Shown: one piece after another, positions 37,200 through 47,219 of the stretch | How positions within the stretch are numbered: position 1 is the first letter of the stretch | How the letters are laid out: every line of letters begins with the position of its first letter | DNA from: an uncultured Flavobacteriaceae bacterium | Lineage (GTDB): Bacteria > Bacteroidota > Bacteroidia > Flavobacteriales > Weeksellaceae | DNA length: 64,000 nt | Reading direction: 5' to 3' | Assembly: GCA_963530295.1 (NCBI GenBank) | Contig: CAUSCF010000003.1 | Span: forward strand, 77,747 to 141,746 | Made by a program: the position numbers and the translations under genes | Notes under the pieces: model-generated | What the model was told of the DNA's origin: nothing | The model's database searches: none | Seen by the model: the letters and a program-made list of their open reading frames with translations, nothing else

Positions 37200-37941
37200 A
37201 CATTTTTTTTATCGATAGGTTCATTATTTTATAAATTTCTCTCTGTTCATCATTTTCTAAGAGAGTTTCGTGCATTTGCAATATTTTTTGGTCATTCCTT
37301 CTGGCAGGCCCTGTCTGGGCGTCTTTTGGGTTGATGGAATGGATTTTATCAACGGTTTCTTCTATCAGCGGAAGAAAATACTCAAAAGGAATGTCTTGGC
37401 TGTCAGAAATTTCTTTTGCTCTGGCAAAGAGATGATTGACAAAATTACAAGAAAAAATGGCAGTGAGATGAATGTATTTTCTTTTTTCATCATCTACGAG
37501 CATGGCTTTTGAGGAAATTTTTTTAGCTAAATTCATCAAAATTTCCTTGTCGTTTTCATTTTCAGCATCGATGAAAAATGGAATTTTAGAATAGTCCAGT
37601 TTTTTCTCCTTTGAAAAAGTCTGCAAAGGATAGAAACTCGCCTTTCGGTATTCTCCAGCCAGAATTTCCATTCGGGTAGAGCCAGAAGTGTGGGCTACGA
37701 GGCAGTTTTTGTCCGTGATGATTTTGGAAACTTCACCGATGGCATCATCTTTCACCGCGATAATATATAAATCCGCAGGTTCTAAACACTCCGTAGAATA
37801 CGAAATCCCAAGCTCGGAGGAGATTTTCTCCAAACTTGCCTCATTCCTGCCGAAAAGCTGTTTTACAGGAATTTGGTTTTCCATAAAAGCTTTCGCCAGA
37901 TGATAGGCAACATTCCCAGAACCGATAATAACTATTTGCAT
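37189..37941 (-). CDS. Rossmann-like / DUF2520 domain protein
   Basis: 250 aa. N-terminal IVIIGSGNVAYHLAKAF. Overlaps kdsC by 11 nt (operon). Confidence 0.75.
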   Translation of the reverse strand: MQIVIIGSGNVAYHLAKAFMENQIPVKQLFGRNEASLEKISSELGISYSTECLEPADLYIIAVKDDAIGEVSKIITDKNCLVAHTSGSTRMEILAGEYRKASFYPLQTFSKEKKLDYSKIPFFIDAENENDKEILMNLAKKISSKAMLVDDEKRKYIHLTAIFSCNFVNHLFARAKEISDSQDIPFEYFLPLIEETVDKIHSINPKDAQTGPARRNDQKILQMHETLLENDEQREIYKIMNLSIKKMYEL

Positions 37942-38031
37942 TCCACAAAAATAAGAGAAAATTTTGTGAAAAGATTGTTTTTAAGAAATATCTTTGTAAG
38001 GTTGAATAAAATAAGTGAAATAATCTGAAAA

Positions 38032-38508
38032 ATGAGAAAAATACTATTGTTTTTTATATGTATGTCTTGTATTAAGCCAAATAAAACCGAAAATAACATA
38101 CATACGGACACAAAAGAGCTTGAAAAATATATAAATCTACCTGTTGCCATTCAAAAAGCAGAATATGAAATATCCAAAACGAAACTTGGGGAACTCAGCC
38201 AAGATTGCAGCCAAATTATTGAAATATATGCAGTAATAAAATTTTCAAACCAAGATTATAAAACAATTTTCAAATCTGCTGGTAAGAAGCAAAACTTTCC
38301 TTTAATAGTGAAAAAAGAAGATTGTAGAGATTGGTATCCTCCTTATGTGAAAAAATATTTTGTGAATGATAGCAACGAATTATTCAAAATAAATTCTGAT
38401 GTTTATGAAGAAAATAATTTTTTAAAAGAAAATACAAAAGGAAACCTTATATTCTTTCCTGTTGAAAATAATACAATCTGCTGTATTGCATCTATTTGTG
38501 AAAAATAA
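38032..38508 (+). CDS. hypothetical lipoprotein
   Basis: 158 aa. MRKILLFFICMSC lipobox. No family recognised. Confidence 0.5.
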   Translation: MRKILLFFICMSCIKPNKTENNIHTDTKELEKYINLPVAIQKAEYEISKTKLGELSQDCSQIIEIYAVIKFSNQDYKTIFKSAGKKQNFPLIVKKEDCRDWYPPYVKKYFVNDSNELFKINSDVYEENNFLKENTKGNLIFFPVENNTICCIASICEK

Positions 38509-38537
38509 ATTTTGATTTTGTATAATCCTAAAAAGCA

Positions 38538-39155
38538 ATGAAAACCGCAGAACTGAACAAAATTATAAAGGAAATAAAATTTGCAGATAAGTTTATTAAA
38601 AACGGAAGATTGGCTTACTACATAATAAAAGATAAGTCTGGAGCATCTGTTTTAATAGGTTTTTATTTAGATTCATCAGTAGATAAAGACGCTTTTTTCT
38701 TACAATACTTTGTCCAGTGTTTATATGTTCCGTTTTCAACATATAATTTCAGTTTAGGCGAGAGAATAGGAAATCATTGGAAAAAAGAAGAAATAAATGA
38801 CATAAATTTATCTTTACAGAATTTCAAAAAATACAACTTTCTAAACTCTTTTGAGGATATTATACCCTATATATTAAATAATTCTTACTGTGGGCATAAA
38901 ATAGGAAGAGATGAATATTTAGCATATACATATTTTATACTTGGGAAATATTCTGAAGCATTACAATATATAGAAAAAATAACAGCATTAAAAAAGCATG
39001 AAAATGCAGAGTGGTTCAAAAAAGCTATTCAAAAAGCTGAACTAATAAAAGAGTATATTATAAAAAATGATTATGATAGTGGTATTTACCAGCTTTTAAA
39101 ATGGCAAAATGAAACAATAACAGCCCTAAAACAACCGAAACTTCTCCTTGTTTAA
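38538..39155 (+). CDS. hypothetical protein
   Basis: 205 aa. One TPR-like helix pair (YLAYTYFILGKYSEALQYIEKI). No family recognised. Confidence 0.5.
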   Translation: MKTAELNKIIKEIKFADKFIKNGRLAYYIIKDKSGASVLIGFYLDSSVDKDAFFLQYFVQCLYVPFSTYNFSLGERIGNHWKKEEINDINLSLQNFKKYNFLNSFEDIIPYILNNSYCGHKIGRDEYLAYTYFILGKYSEALQYIEKITALKKHENAEWFKKAIQKAELIKEYIIKNDYDSGIYQLLKWQNETITALKQPKLLLV

Positions 39156-39646
39156 ACAAAAACCACCTCCACCGAAGCAGACTGATGCTTGAAGAATTCA
39201 TTTTCCTCAAATTCTATCTCTGCATAGCCTCGCAGCACTTCATAGACCAACTCTTGCAGGACGCCTTCGCCCAGTCCGTGGATGACTTCCAGCCGTTTTA
39301 TTTTATTCGCTTTGCAGAAGTCCAAAACCTCCATTAGTCGCTCTTTTTGGATGAAGAGCCGTTCCCAAGAGTCATATTCATTAGGATTTTTCACTAATTG
39401 ATCAAAGTGAAGGTCTATTTTCATCGCATTTTTTTGGTGCTTTTGGGAAATGTTTTTTTTCGTTTCTTCTTTTTTGGTCAAAGGAACTTCATCATAAATC
39501 AAATTTTCGCGCAAAACAAGCTGAGCCAAAGGATATTCGTGCCGAAAACCATGCGAATCCTCAAAAACCGCTGTTTTATCCTTTACTGAGACCAGAGTTC
39601 CCTCCAAATCCTCATCAATCACCGAAACTTTATCGCCTATTTTCAT
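39152..39646 (-). CDS. Smr domain protein (MutS2 C-terminal-like)
   Basis: 164 aa. KIDLHFDQL ... VIHGLGEGVLQ Smr motifs. Confidence 0.8.
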   Translation of the reverse strand: MKIGDKVSVIDEDLEGTLVSVKDKTAVFEDSHGFRHEYPLAQLVLRENLIYDEVPLTKKEETKKNISQKHQKNAMKIDLHFDQLVKNPNEYDSWERLFIQKERLMEVLDFCKANKIKRLEVIHGLGEGVLQELVYEVLRGYAEIEFEENEFFKHQSASVEVVFV

Positions 39647-39650
39647 AATT

Positions 39651-40145
39651 TTATCTTGTGCCGAGTTCTATTACTTCCAAATCTTTTATCTCCTGCCTAT
39701 CTATCACGAATCTCATCATTGTTCTTACCTTGTGCCAGCCCACATTTCCACACGCACCAGGGTTGAGGTGCAGCAGTCCCAAATCTTGGTCAAACATCAC
39801 TTTCAAAATATGAGAATGCCCAGAGATAAAGAGTTTTGGTGGGTGCTGGAGCAGTTCTGCTTTGATGTTGGGAGCGTATTTTTTAGGATAACCGCCGATG
39901 TGCGTCATCAGAACTTCCACTTCCTCGCAGGTAAATCTCAGTATTTCAGGAAATTGTTTCCGTATTCCTGCGTCATCTATGTTCCCAAAGACACCTTTCA
40001 GAGGCTTTACGGCGCTGAGGCTGTCTATAACTTCCTGATTTCCAAAATCTCCCGCATGCCAGATCTCATCCGCCTGTGAGGCGTATTCCAAAATGCGGTT
40101 ATCCATATAAGAATGCGTGTCCGAGAGAAGTAATATTTTTTTCAT
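39651..40145 (-). CDS. metallophosphoesterase (YfcE/MJ0936 family)
   Basis: Start at ATG 40145 (MKKILLLSDTHSY). GDFGN, GNID and GHSH motifs. Confidence 0.85.
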   Translation of the reverse strand: MKKILLLSDTHSYMDNRILEYASQADEIWHAGDFGNQEVIDSLSAVKPLKGVFGNIDDAGIRKQFPEILRFTCEEVEVLMTHIGGYPKKYAPNIKAELLQHPPKLFISGHSHILKVMFDQDLGLLHLNPGACGNVGWHKVRTMMRFVIDRQEIKDLEVIELGTR

Positions 40146-40216
40146 TGCTAAATGACCACCAAAACAAGGCAAATGTAATAGAAATTTACGATTTTTGCAG
40201 TCTTAAATTGCAAATT

Positions 40217-40957
40217 ATGCGGTATTTTATAGAATTTTCCTACAATGGGACTCATTTTTTTGGTTATCAAATTCAGCCAAAACAAATATCCGTGCAGGAA
40301 GTTTTGGAAAAAGCCCTCTCTACCCTATTGAGAGAAGACATAAAAACCACAGGAGCAGGCCGTACCGATACAGGCGTACATGCACGAAAGATATTTGCCC
40401 ACTTTGATACAGACCAGCCTATCAGCGCAGATTTAGTAAAGAGGCTGAATGCTTTTCTCCCGCCGAGCATCGCCATTAAGAGAATTTTTCAGGTTGAAGA
40501 AGAAATGCACGCAAGATTTAGCGCTGTTTATAGAACTTATGAATATCATATTTCATTGGAAAAAGACCCTTTCGCAGAGGCTTTTTCATGGCAGATGTGG
40601 AGACAAAAATTTGATGTAGAAAAAATGAACGAAGCGTGTAAAATCCTCTTTGAATACGAAGATTTTACCAGTTTTTCTAAACTGCACACGGATGTAAAAA
40701 CGAATAATTGTAAAATTTATCACGCCCAATGGAAACAAAAAGGCAGCAGCCTTGTTTTTACGATTTCGGCTAATCGTTTTTTAAGAAATATGGTCAGAGC
40801 TATCGTGGGAACGCTAGTGGAAGTAGGTTTAGGAAAAATAAAACCAACAGACCTGCATGACATTATCCAAGCCAAATACCGCAATAAAGCAGGCGCATCT
40901 GCTCCCGCACACGGACTCTATCTCGTAGATGTGGGATACAAAGAAATGGATAAATAG
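40217..40957 (+). CDS. truA: tRNA pseudouridine(38-40) synthase TruA
   Basis: Start at ATG 40217 (MRYFIEFSYNGTHFFGYQ). Catalytic GAGRTDTGVHA. Confidence 0.92.
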   Translation: MRYFIEFSYNGTHFFGYQIQPKQISVQEVLEKALSTLLREDIKTTGAGRTDTGVHARKIFAHFDTDQPISADLVKRLNAFLPPSIAIKRIFQVEEEMHARFSAVYRTYEYHISLEKDPFAEAFSWQMWRQKFDVEKMNEACKILFEYEDFTSFSKLHTDVKTNNCKIYHAQWKQKGSSLVFTISANRFLRNMVRAIVGTLVEVGLGKIKPTDLHDIIQAKYRNKAGASAPAHGLYLVDVGYKEMDK

Positions 40958-40992
40958 GGCAGAAATTTTAAAATATTCTTACCTTTGTCACT

Positions 40993-42507
40993 ATGGCTTT
41001 TGATTCTATCTTAAATAAAATATTCAATCTTTTCATTCTCAGAAGAATGAAAGGAATCAACCAGTTTATAGAGCATCCTATCAAGACTCAGCAGAGAGTT
41101 TTGTTTTCCCTGCTTTCCCAAGCGAAAAATACGGAATATGGGAAACTTCATCACTTTGAAGAAATTAAGTCTTATGAGGATTTCAATAAGCAGGTTCCCA
41201 TTGTGTCATATGAGGATTTTGAACCTTTTATAGAAAAGGCGAGACAGGGAAATCCTGATGTTTTTTGGCCTGGTAAAATAAAACATTTCGCGAAATCATC
41301 TGGAACGACCAATGCAAAGAGCAAATTTATTCCAATTTCAGATGAAAGCCTCCAAAACTGCCACTATAAGGCAGGGAAAGACCTTTTGGCGATTTATATT
41401 AACAATCACAAAGACAGCAATTTATTTAAATTTAAAAATCTAAGATTAGGCGGAAGTGCCGAACTTTATGAAAGTTTTGGAACGAAATTCGGTGATTTAT
41501 CAGCGATTTTGATAGAAAATCTGCCTTTTTGGGTAGAGAGAACCACCACGCCGAGCAGGGAAGTTTCCCTCATGTCCGAATGGGAAACCAAACTGAAAGC
41601 CATAGTTTCAGAAGTAAAAAATAAAGATGTGGGAAGCCTCACGGGAGTTCCCAGCTGGATGATGGTGCTTCTGCAAAGGGTTCTGAAAGATACAGGGAAG
41701 AAATCCATTTCCGAAGTCTGGCCGAATCTGGAAGTGTTTTTCCATGGCGGAATTAGTTTTGTGCCGTATAGAGAGCAATATAAACAGCTGATAGGCAAGG
41801 ATATCCGCTATTATGAGATTTATAATGCTTCGGAAGGATTTTTCGGAATTCAAGACCGATTTGTCAGCGATGAAATGCTTCTCATGCTGGATTATGGAAT
41901 TTTCTATGAATTTATCCCAATGGATACTTTTGGGACAGAAAACGCGAAAGCCGTTTCGCTGGAAAATGTAGAATTAGGGAAAAATTATGCAGTCGTTATC
42001 TCCACTAATGGAGGACTTTGGCGCTATCTGATAGGCGATACGATAAGATTCACAGATTTGAAGCCGTTTAGATTTAAAATCTCGGGAAGAACCAAACATT
42101 ATATCAATGCATTCGGCGAAGAGCTGATGATAGACAATGTGGAAACAGCCCTCTCTAAGGCTTGTCAAGAAACCAATGCGAAAATCACGGATTACACAGG
42201 TGCGCCAGTCTATATGAAAGATGGCGAATCTGGCAGCCACGAATGGATGATAGAGTTTTCCACAGAACCGAATGATTTTGGGCATTTTTCTGAAATCTTT
42301 GATGAAACGCTGAAATCTCTAAACTCTGATTATGAGGCAAAAAGATACAATAACATGACCCTGAAACCACCGATTATCCATAAAGCGAGAACTAATCTTT
42401 TCTATGACTGGATGGCATCTCGCGGGAAGCTGGGCGGACAGAATAAAGTCCCGCGCCTCAGCAATGACAGGCAGTATATAGAACCTCTTTTAGAAGAGAA
42501 TAAATAA
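40993..42507 (+). CDS. GH3 auxin-responsive-promoter family protein (acyl-adenylate-forming)
   Basis: 504 aa. KSSGTTNAKSKFIP and YNASEGFFG motifs. Confidence 0.85.
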   Translation: MAFDSILNKIFNLFILRRMKGINQFIEHPIKTQQRVLFSLLSQAKNTEYGKLHHFEEIKSYEDFNKQVPIVSYEDFEPFIEKARQGNPDVFWPGKIKHFAKSSGTTNAKSKFIPISDESLQNCHYKAGKDLLAIYINNHKDSNLFKFKNLRLGGSAELYESFGTKFGDLSAILIENLPFWVERTTTPSREVSLMSEWETKLKAIVSEVKNKDVGSLTGVPSWMMVLLQRVLKDTGKKSISEVWPNLEVFFHGGISFVPYREQYKQLIGKDIRYYEIYNASEGFFGIQDRFVSDEMLLMLDYGIFYEFIPMDTFGTENAKAVSLENVELGKNYAVVISTNGGLWRYLIGDTIRFTDLKPFRFKISGRTKHYINAFGEELMIDNVETALSKACQETNAKITDYTGAPVYMKDGESGSHEWMIEFSTEPNDFGHFSEIFDETLKSLNSDYEAKRYNNMTLKPPIIHKARTNLFYDWMASRGKLGGQNKVPRLSNDRQYIEPLLEENK

Positions 42508-42508
42508 T

Positions 42509-42536
42509 AAAAACTCCTTTTTAAAAGGAGTTTTTT
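42509..42536. terminator. bidirectional terminator
   Basis: AAAACTCCTTTT / AAAAGGAGTTTTTT. Confidence 0.65.
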
Positions 42537-42537
42537 G

Positions 42538-42672
42538 TTAATTTTTGAAGGCGATAAAATCCATCTTGTTTAAACTAATTGTATTGATGCTTTTAGAAAA
42601 ATTTAGAATAAAATCGATAGTTTTCTTTTTGGGCATAAGTACAATTTTAGCAAAATTGTAGTTTTTTTTCAT
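42538..42672 (-). CDS. candidate small ORF (44 aa) downstream of the sigma factor
   Basis: ATG at 42670-42672, TAA at 42538-40. MKKNYNFAKIVLMPKKKTIDFILNFSKSINTISLNKMDFIAFKN. Ends exactly at the terminator. No homology evidence. Confidence 0.2.
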   Translation of the reverse strand: MKKNYNFAKIVLMPKKKTIDFILNFSKSINTISLNKMDFIAFKN

Positions 42673-42721
42673 AGGTGAGATATTTACTTTTATTTCTCGA
42701 ACGAAAAAAAACTGTTAATTA

Positions 42722-43309
42722 TTATGATGTTAAAACAATTTTATTTTCTGCAATTATTTTTCTGATGTTCATCAGGGCGTAGCGCATTCTGCCGAGAGTA
42801 GTATTGATGCTTGTGTTTGTCAGTTCTGCTATTTCTTTGAAAGTCAGCTCGTCATAGAAACGCATTTTGATGATTTCCTGTTGGTTTTCAGGAAGAAATA
42901 CGATGATGTTTTTCAAATCCTCATGTATCTGGCTGAGAATCAGCTGTTCCTCAACATTGAAATCCGTTTCCTTAATGGTGTCAAAAATAGAAAATTCATC
43001 ATCCATGTAAGATGTCTCAGACACGGTGATATGTCTAGATTTTGCACGGAAATGGTCTATGATTAGATTAGAAGCAATTCTTTTAGCCCAGAGGATGAAT
43101 TTGTCTTCCTCTGTGTATTTCCCTTCTTTTAGTTTGATGATGATTTTTATAAAAGTATCTTGGAAAAAATCATTGGCTAGATCTTCATCCTTCACTTTAT
43201 AAAAAATGAAAGAAAACAAGTCCTGCTGATGCTTCTGAATCAACTTTGCTAATGCCTGTTCATCACCTTTTTGATACTGTGAAATGAGGCAACTATCAGA
43301 TGTCTTCAT
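42722..43309 (-). CDS. sigma-70 family (ECF-type) RNA polymerase sigma factor
   Basis: 195 aa. Region 2 (DLANDFFQDTFIKI, WAKRIASNLIIDHFR) and region 4 HTH (LTFKEIAELTNTSINTTLGRMRYA). Confidence 0.88.
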   Translation of the reverse strand: MKTSDSCLISQYQKGDEQALAKLIQKHQQDLFSFIFYKVKDEDLANDFFQDTFIKIIIKLKEGKYTEEDKFILWAKRIASNLIIDHFRAKSRHITVSETSYMDDEFSIFDTIKETDFNVEEQLILSQIHEDLKNIIVFLPENQQEIIKMRFYDELTFKEIAELTNTSINTTLGRMRYALMNIRKIIAENKIVLTS

Positions 43310-43462
43310 AACTCTACATTTTTTACAGAGAAGACGAATCTCCTCCCATTATATCAATTATTGAAAATGTAGAATTTTACCTCATGTATTTTAGAATTTT
43401 GAATAAACTATATCACAAAGTAAATAAAAATACACCAGAAAAGCAAATTTTTTACTAGAAAA

Positions 43463-43984
43463 TTACTCTTTTGCCTTTTTGGTTGAATTCTTGAAAGGTT
43501 CTGTTGGAATGTTAAAAGTAACTCCTAAACGAAATCCTTTCAGTTCTTTTCCGTGAAGCGTTTGGTTCGGATAAGAAAAAGCATACCCGCTAGTAATATC
43601 AAATAAACCAAGCAAACTAATTCCCAAATAAGGCGCAAAATACTTAGTAGTGGCCTCCAATCCAGCCATGTAGTAATAGGCATGAGCCACATAGACTTCT
43701 TTTCTAGGATTAAATAGAATGTCTCCTTGGACTTTTGGCATTATCGCAAATTTACCATTTGTCGCTCCCATCAGAGCAGATGCTCCGACACGAAATGCTA
43801 CATTATCAGTGTCCTTTTGGGCAATGAATAGTTTCCCGCCTATTTCTCCAAAACTTTGATTTTGGTAAGCGTATCCCGCACTAATCATCGTATATGAAGT
43901 GTTCTGAGCATGGGCAAGCGAGGAGCTGAATAAAAAAGCAAGGAATAAACTCCATTTGCTTTTTTTTAATTTAGTAGCTTTCAT
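43463..43984 (-). CDS. hypothetical outer-membrane beta-barrel-like protein
   Basis: 173 aa. Signal peptide ending AHAQ. Alternating aromatic/glycine beta-strand pattern. Confidence 0.5.
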   Translation of the reverse strand: MKATKLKKSKWSLFLAFLFSSSLAHAQNTSYTMISAGYAYQNQSFGEIGGKLFIAQKDTDNVAFRVGASALMGATNGKFAIMPKVQGDILFNPRKEVYVAHAYYYMAGLEATTKYFAPYLGISLLGLFDITSGYAFSYPNQTLHGKELKGFRLGVTFNIPTEPFKNSTKKAKE

Positions 43985-44786
43985 TTTCGTTAGGGAAATT
44001 TTGTTCTTTTACATCTTTTACAAATTGTCCCACAGCTGAGGTGATTTCAGAATAAAGGTCAAGATATTTTCTTAAAAATTTAGGTTTGAAACCTTCATTC
44101 ATTCCCACCATATCTTGATAAACCAATACCTGCCCATCGCAGTGAACACCCGCTCCGATACCGATAGTAGGAATGGAAATGCTTTCTGTAACTTGTTTTG
44201 CTAACTGGCTAGGGATTTTCTCTAAAACTAAAGAAAAACAACCTAAACTCTCTAATAATTTAGCATCTTCGATGAGTTTTTGAGCTTCGGCATCTTCTTT
44301 AGCTCTGAGTTTATAACTTCCGAACTGATTGATACTCTGTGGAGTAAGTCCAAGGTGACCCATCACAGGAATTCCTGCATTCACGATTTTTTTGATAGAA
44401 TCCGCGACTTCACTTCCGCCTTCTAGTTTGATGGCGCTCGCACCAGTTTCTTTCATGATTCGGATAGCCGAATCTAAGGCTTTGTCTGGATTACATTGGT
44501 AAGAACCAAAAGGTAAATCCACAACCACCAAAGCTCTTTTTATTCCTCTCACTACACTCTGTGCATGATAAATCATATGGTCAAGGGTAATAGGCAGGGT
44601 GGTGTCATATCCAGCCATTACATTAGCAGCAGAATCTCCCACCAAAATAGTGTCTATTCCACCAGCATCCAGCATTCTGGCAGTAGTAAAGTCATAAGCT
44701 GTGAGCATGGATATTTTCTCGCCATCTTGTTTCATTTTTCGGATGGTTTCTGTGGTTATTTTTTTTATTTCAGAATGTATAGACAT
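43971..44786 (-). CDS. panB: 3-methyl-2-oxobutanoate hydroxymethyltransferase
   Basis: 271 aa. MLTAYD, VGDS and KLEGG motifs. Confidence 0.94.
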   Translation of the reverse strand: MSIHSEIKKITTETIRKMKQDGEKISMLTAYDFTTARMLDAGGIDTILVGDSAANVMAGYDTTLPITLDHMIYHAQSVVRGIKRALVVVDLPFGSYQCNPDKALDSAIRIMKETGASAIKLEGGSEVADSIKKIVNAGIPVMGHLGLTPQSINQFGSYKLRAKEDAEAQKLIEDAKLLESLGCFSLVLEKIPSQLAKQVTESISIPTIGIGAGVHCDGQVLVYQDMVGMNEGFKPKFLRKYLDLYSEITSAVGQFVKDVKEQNFPNENESY

Positions 44787-44857
44787 AGTTTTTTATTTTT
44801 TAAATGTAAAGACAAAAATACATAAAAAAATAGGCATTAGCCTATTTTATGAAAATT

Positions 44858-45574
44858 TTAATTGTAATCTACATGACCCAGTTTTTTCAATCTGTTATGG
44901 TCTAGAATTTTTATATTTCTTCCTTCAACCTCTATCAGCTGGTCAGTTTTAAATTCAGAGATAAGTCTGATGGCACTTTCTGTAGCAGTTCCTATCAGGT
45001 TAGATATTTCTTCTCTCGTCAAAGAAATTTTTATAAAACCTTCTGGATCAGTTCCTAACTTAAGTTCTAATAAAAGAAGTATCTCAGCCAGTCTTTCTCG
45101 TACTGTTTTCTGTGCAAGGAGTGTGATGGTGTTAGAATACTCTCCTAATTCACAAGAAATCTTCTGAAGCATGGCGTAGGATAACTTTGGATTAGACATA
45201 AGTAGCTTATGAAAAATCTCTCCAGAAATAAAAGTTACCTGCACAGGAGACATCGCTTCTGCTGATGCACCGAATTCCTCCTCTGAAAGTAGTGAGCGGT
45301 AGCCGATGAGGTCGCCCTCCTTCGCGAAGCGTAGAATCTGCTGTTTTTTATTAAACCCCATTTTATAGAGTTTTATCGCGCCTTTTTGTATGAAAAAAAC
45401 ACCCTTTGGCATCTCACCTTCAGCGAAAACTAACTTACCTTTTGGAATAGAGATAACTTTCTTTTCATCTAAGTATCTCTGGAAATCCTCCTCTGAAAGA
45501 CATTCCTCAAAAGACTTTTCACAGAAAATATTCTGAAAATTATGTTCGATCTCAATGTGATGTTCTATCAGCAT
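44858..45574 (-). CDS. Crp/Fnr family transcriptional regulator
   Basis: 238 aa. cNMP-binding beta-roll, and a C-terminal HTH (REEISNLIGTATESAIRLISEF). Confidence 0.85.
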   Translation of the reverse strand: MLIEHHIEIEHNFQNIFCEKSFEECLSEEDFQRYLDEKKVISIPKGKLVFAEGEMPKGVFFIQKGAIKLYKMGFNKKQQILRFAKEGDLIGYRSLLSEEEFGASAEAMSPVQVTFISGEIFHKLLMSNPKLSYAMLQKISCELGEYSNTITLLAQKTVRERLAEILLLLELKLGTDPEGFIKISLTREEISNLIGTATESAIRLISEFKTDQLIEVEGRNIKILDHNRLKKLGHVDYN

Positions 45575-45583
45575 AATTATATG

Positions 45584-45601
45584 ATATTTGTCAGCAAATA
45601 T
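45584..45601. promoter_or_regulatory. perfect 7-4-7 palindrome ATATTTG-TCAG-CAAATAT overlapping a candidate -7 box
   Basis: Lies 10-27 nt upstream of the Crp/Fnr-family gene ATG. On the minus strand the upstream arm plus one flanking base (45595-45602) reads TATATTTG. Confidence 0.25.
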
Positions 45602-45712
45602 AACATTTTTTTTTAAACAGCTAAATTTATTTAATTATAGTTTAAAAAAGACCTCCCTAATAACAAATAAATAGCATAAATAAAGGAAATTTGTTTAATT
45701 GAAATTTAAAAA

Positions 45713-46846
45713 TTACAATCTTTGCTTCAGCTGAGGTATGATTTGGTCTTTCCACTCATAAAAATCTCCAGCAAGAATATGCTCTCTAGCGGTTCTTACC
45801 AAATCTAAATAAAATGCCAAGTTGTGAATGGAAGCAATCTGTTTCGCTAAATATTCTTTCGCTACGAAAAGATGCCTTACATAGGCCTTGCTGTATTCTC
45901 TATCCACGAAACTTGTTCCAAATTCATCCAGCGGCGAAAAATCATCTTTCCACTTTTGGTTTTTCATGTTCATCACACCATTCCAAGTGAAAAGCATAGC
46001 GTTTCTGGCATTTCGTGTCGGCATTACACAGTCCATCATATCAATTCCCAGCCCGATGCTTTCCAGAATATTCCAAGGCGTCCCAACGCCCATTAGATAT
46101 CGTGGTTTTTCTTTTGGGAGAATGTCTGTAACGATGTCTGTGATTTCGTACATTATTTCCTCAGGTTCTCCTACAGAAAGCCCGCCGATGGCATTTCCTG
46201 CGGCTCCTGCCTCTGAGATAACCTCTGCGGAGATTTTTCTAAGGTCGTGATAAACAGAACCTTGGACAATCGGGAATAAATTCTGCTGATGTCCGTAGAG
46301 TTCTTTATTTGCAGTGGTCCAGTCAATACATCTTTTCAGCCAGCGGTGGGTAAGCTTCACGGATTCTTTGGCTTGGTTGTATTCGCATGGGTAAGGAGTA
46401 CATTCATCAAAGGCCATGAAAATATCCGCGCCTATTTGTCGCTGGATTTCCATTGATTTTTCAGGAGAAATAAAATGATAGCTTCCGTCTATATGGGATT
46501 TGAATTTTACTCCTTCTTCGGTCATTTTTCTGCTTGCCGCCAAAGAAAATACCTGATAACCACCACTATCGGTAAGAATAGGTCTGTCCCAGTTCATAAA
46601 CTGATGCAGTCCGCCTGCTTTCTGCATAATCTCCATACCTGGGCGGAGATACAGATGGTAGGTGTTTCCTAAGATGATTTGGGCTTTTATATCTTCTTTT
46701 AGTTCTCGTTGGTGAACGGTTTTTACGCTTGCCACCGTTCCCACAGGCATGAAAATAGGAGTTTGTATTTCTCCGTGGTCTGTGGTTATTTTCCCTGCGC
46801 GGGCTTTTCCAGTGGTATTTTTTTCAACTTCAAAAAAATTCTTCAT
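45713..46846 (-). CDS. tgt: queuine tRNA-ribosyltransferase
   Basis: 377 aa. FMPVGT, TDSGGYQV, and the zinc-site region near the C-terminus. Confidence 0.95.
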   Translation of the reverse strand: MKNFFEVEKNTTGKARAGKITTDHGEIQTPIFMPVGTVASVKTVHQRELKEDIKAQIILGNTYHLYLRPGMEIMQKAGGLHQFMNWDRPILTDSGGYQVFSLAASRKMTEEGVKFKSHIDGSYHFISPEKSMEIQRQIGADIFMAFDECTPYPCEYNQAKESVKLTHRWLKRCIDWTTANKELYGHQQNLFPIVQGSVYHDLRKISAEVISEAGAAGNAIGGLSVGEPEEIMYEITDIVTDILPKEKPRYLMGVGTPWNILESIGLGIDMMDCVMPTRNARNAMLFTWNGVMNMKNQKWKDDFSPLDEFGTSFVDREYSKAYVRHLFVAKEYLAKQIASIHNLAFYLDLVRTAREHILAGDFYEWKDQIIPQLKQRL

Positions 46847-46857
46847 AGAGGAATATT

Positions 46858-47217
46858 TTATTGTTCAGGTTTATTTTCGAATTTATTTTTCTTTAAATAT
46901 TCTTTCATTTTTGGGTCTTTCTCCAAAATTATTTTTTTTGCATTGTCGTATATTTCATTCAGACTTTTGGAGTCGTGGATATAATAATTATAGCTATCCT
47001 TAAAATCACGAGCCGAGATATTATGCTTTTTCAGAACAAAAAGATTGGCGTCTTCCAAGTCCATTTGGGGCTGAATCACATAGACCTGCTCATAGATGGC
47101 AAAATCTGCTATAACTTCTGATAGTTTTTCCTTACTGATGAGGTTTTTGGGTTTTTCGGCAGAATTATTACAAGAAAATAACGCCAGAAAAAGAACCATT
47201 ACAAAGATTTTTTTCAT
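46858..47217 (-). CDS. DUF4296-like lipoprotein
   Basis: 119 aa. MKKIFVMVLFLALFSC lipobox. Confidence 0.6.
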   Translation of the reverse strand: MKKIFVMVLFLALFSCNNSAEKPKNLISKEKLSEVIADFAIYEQVYVIQPQMDLEDANLFVLKKHNISARDFKDSYNYYIHDSKSLNEIYDNAKKIILEKDPKMKEYLKKNKFENKPEQ

Positions 47218-47219
47218 AG

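Noticed and set aside
39152-39155. Convergent genes with overlapping stop codons (TTTAA) and no terminator
   Set aside because: It is a real feature of the sequence but a common compact-genome arrangement. It is noted under the 38032-39155 finding rather than as a separate signal.
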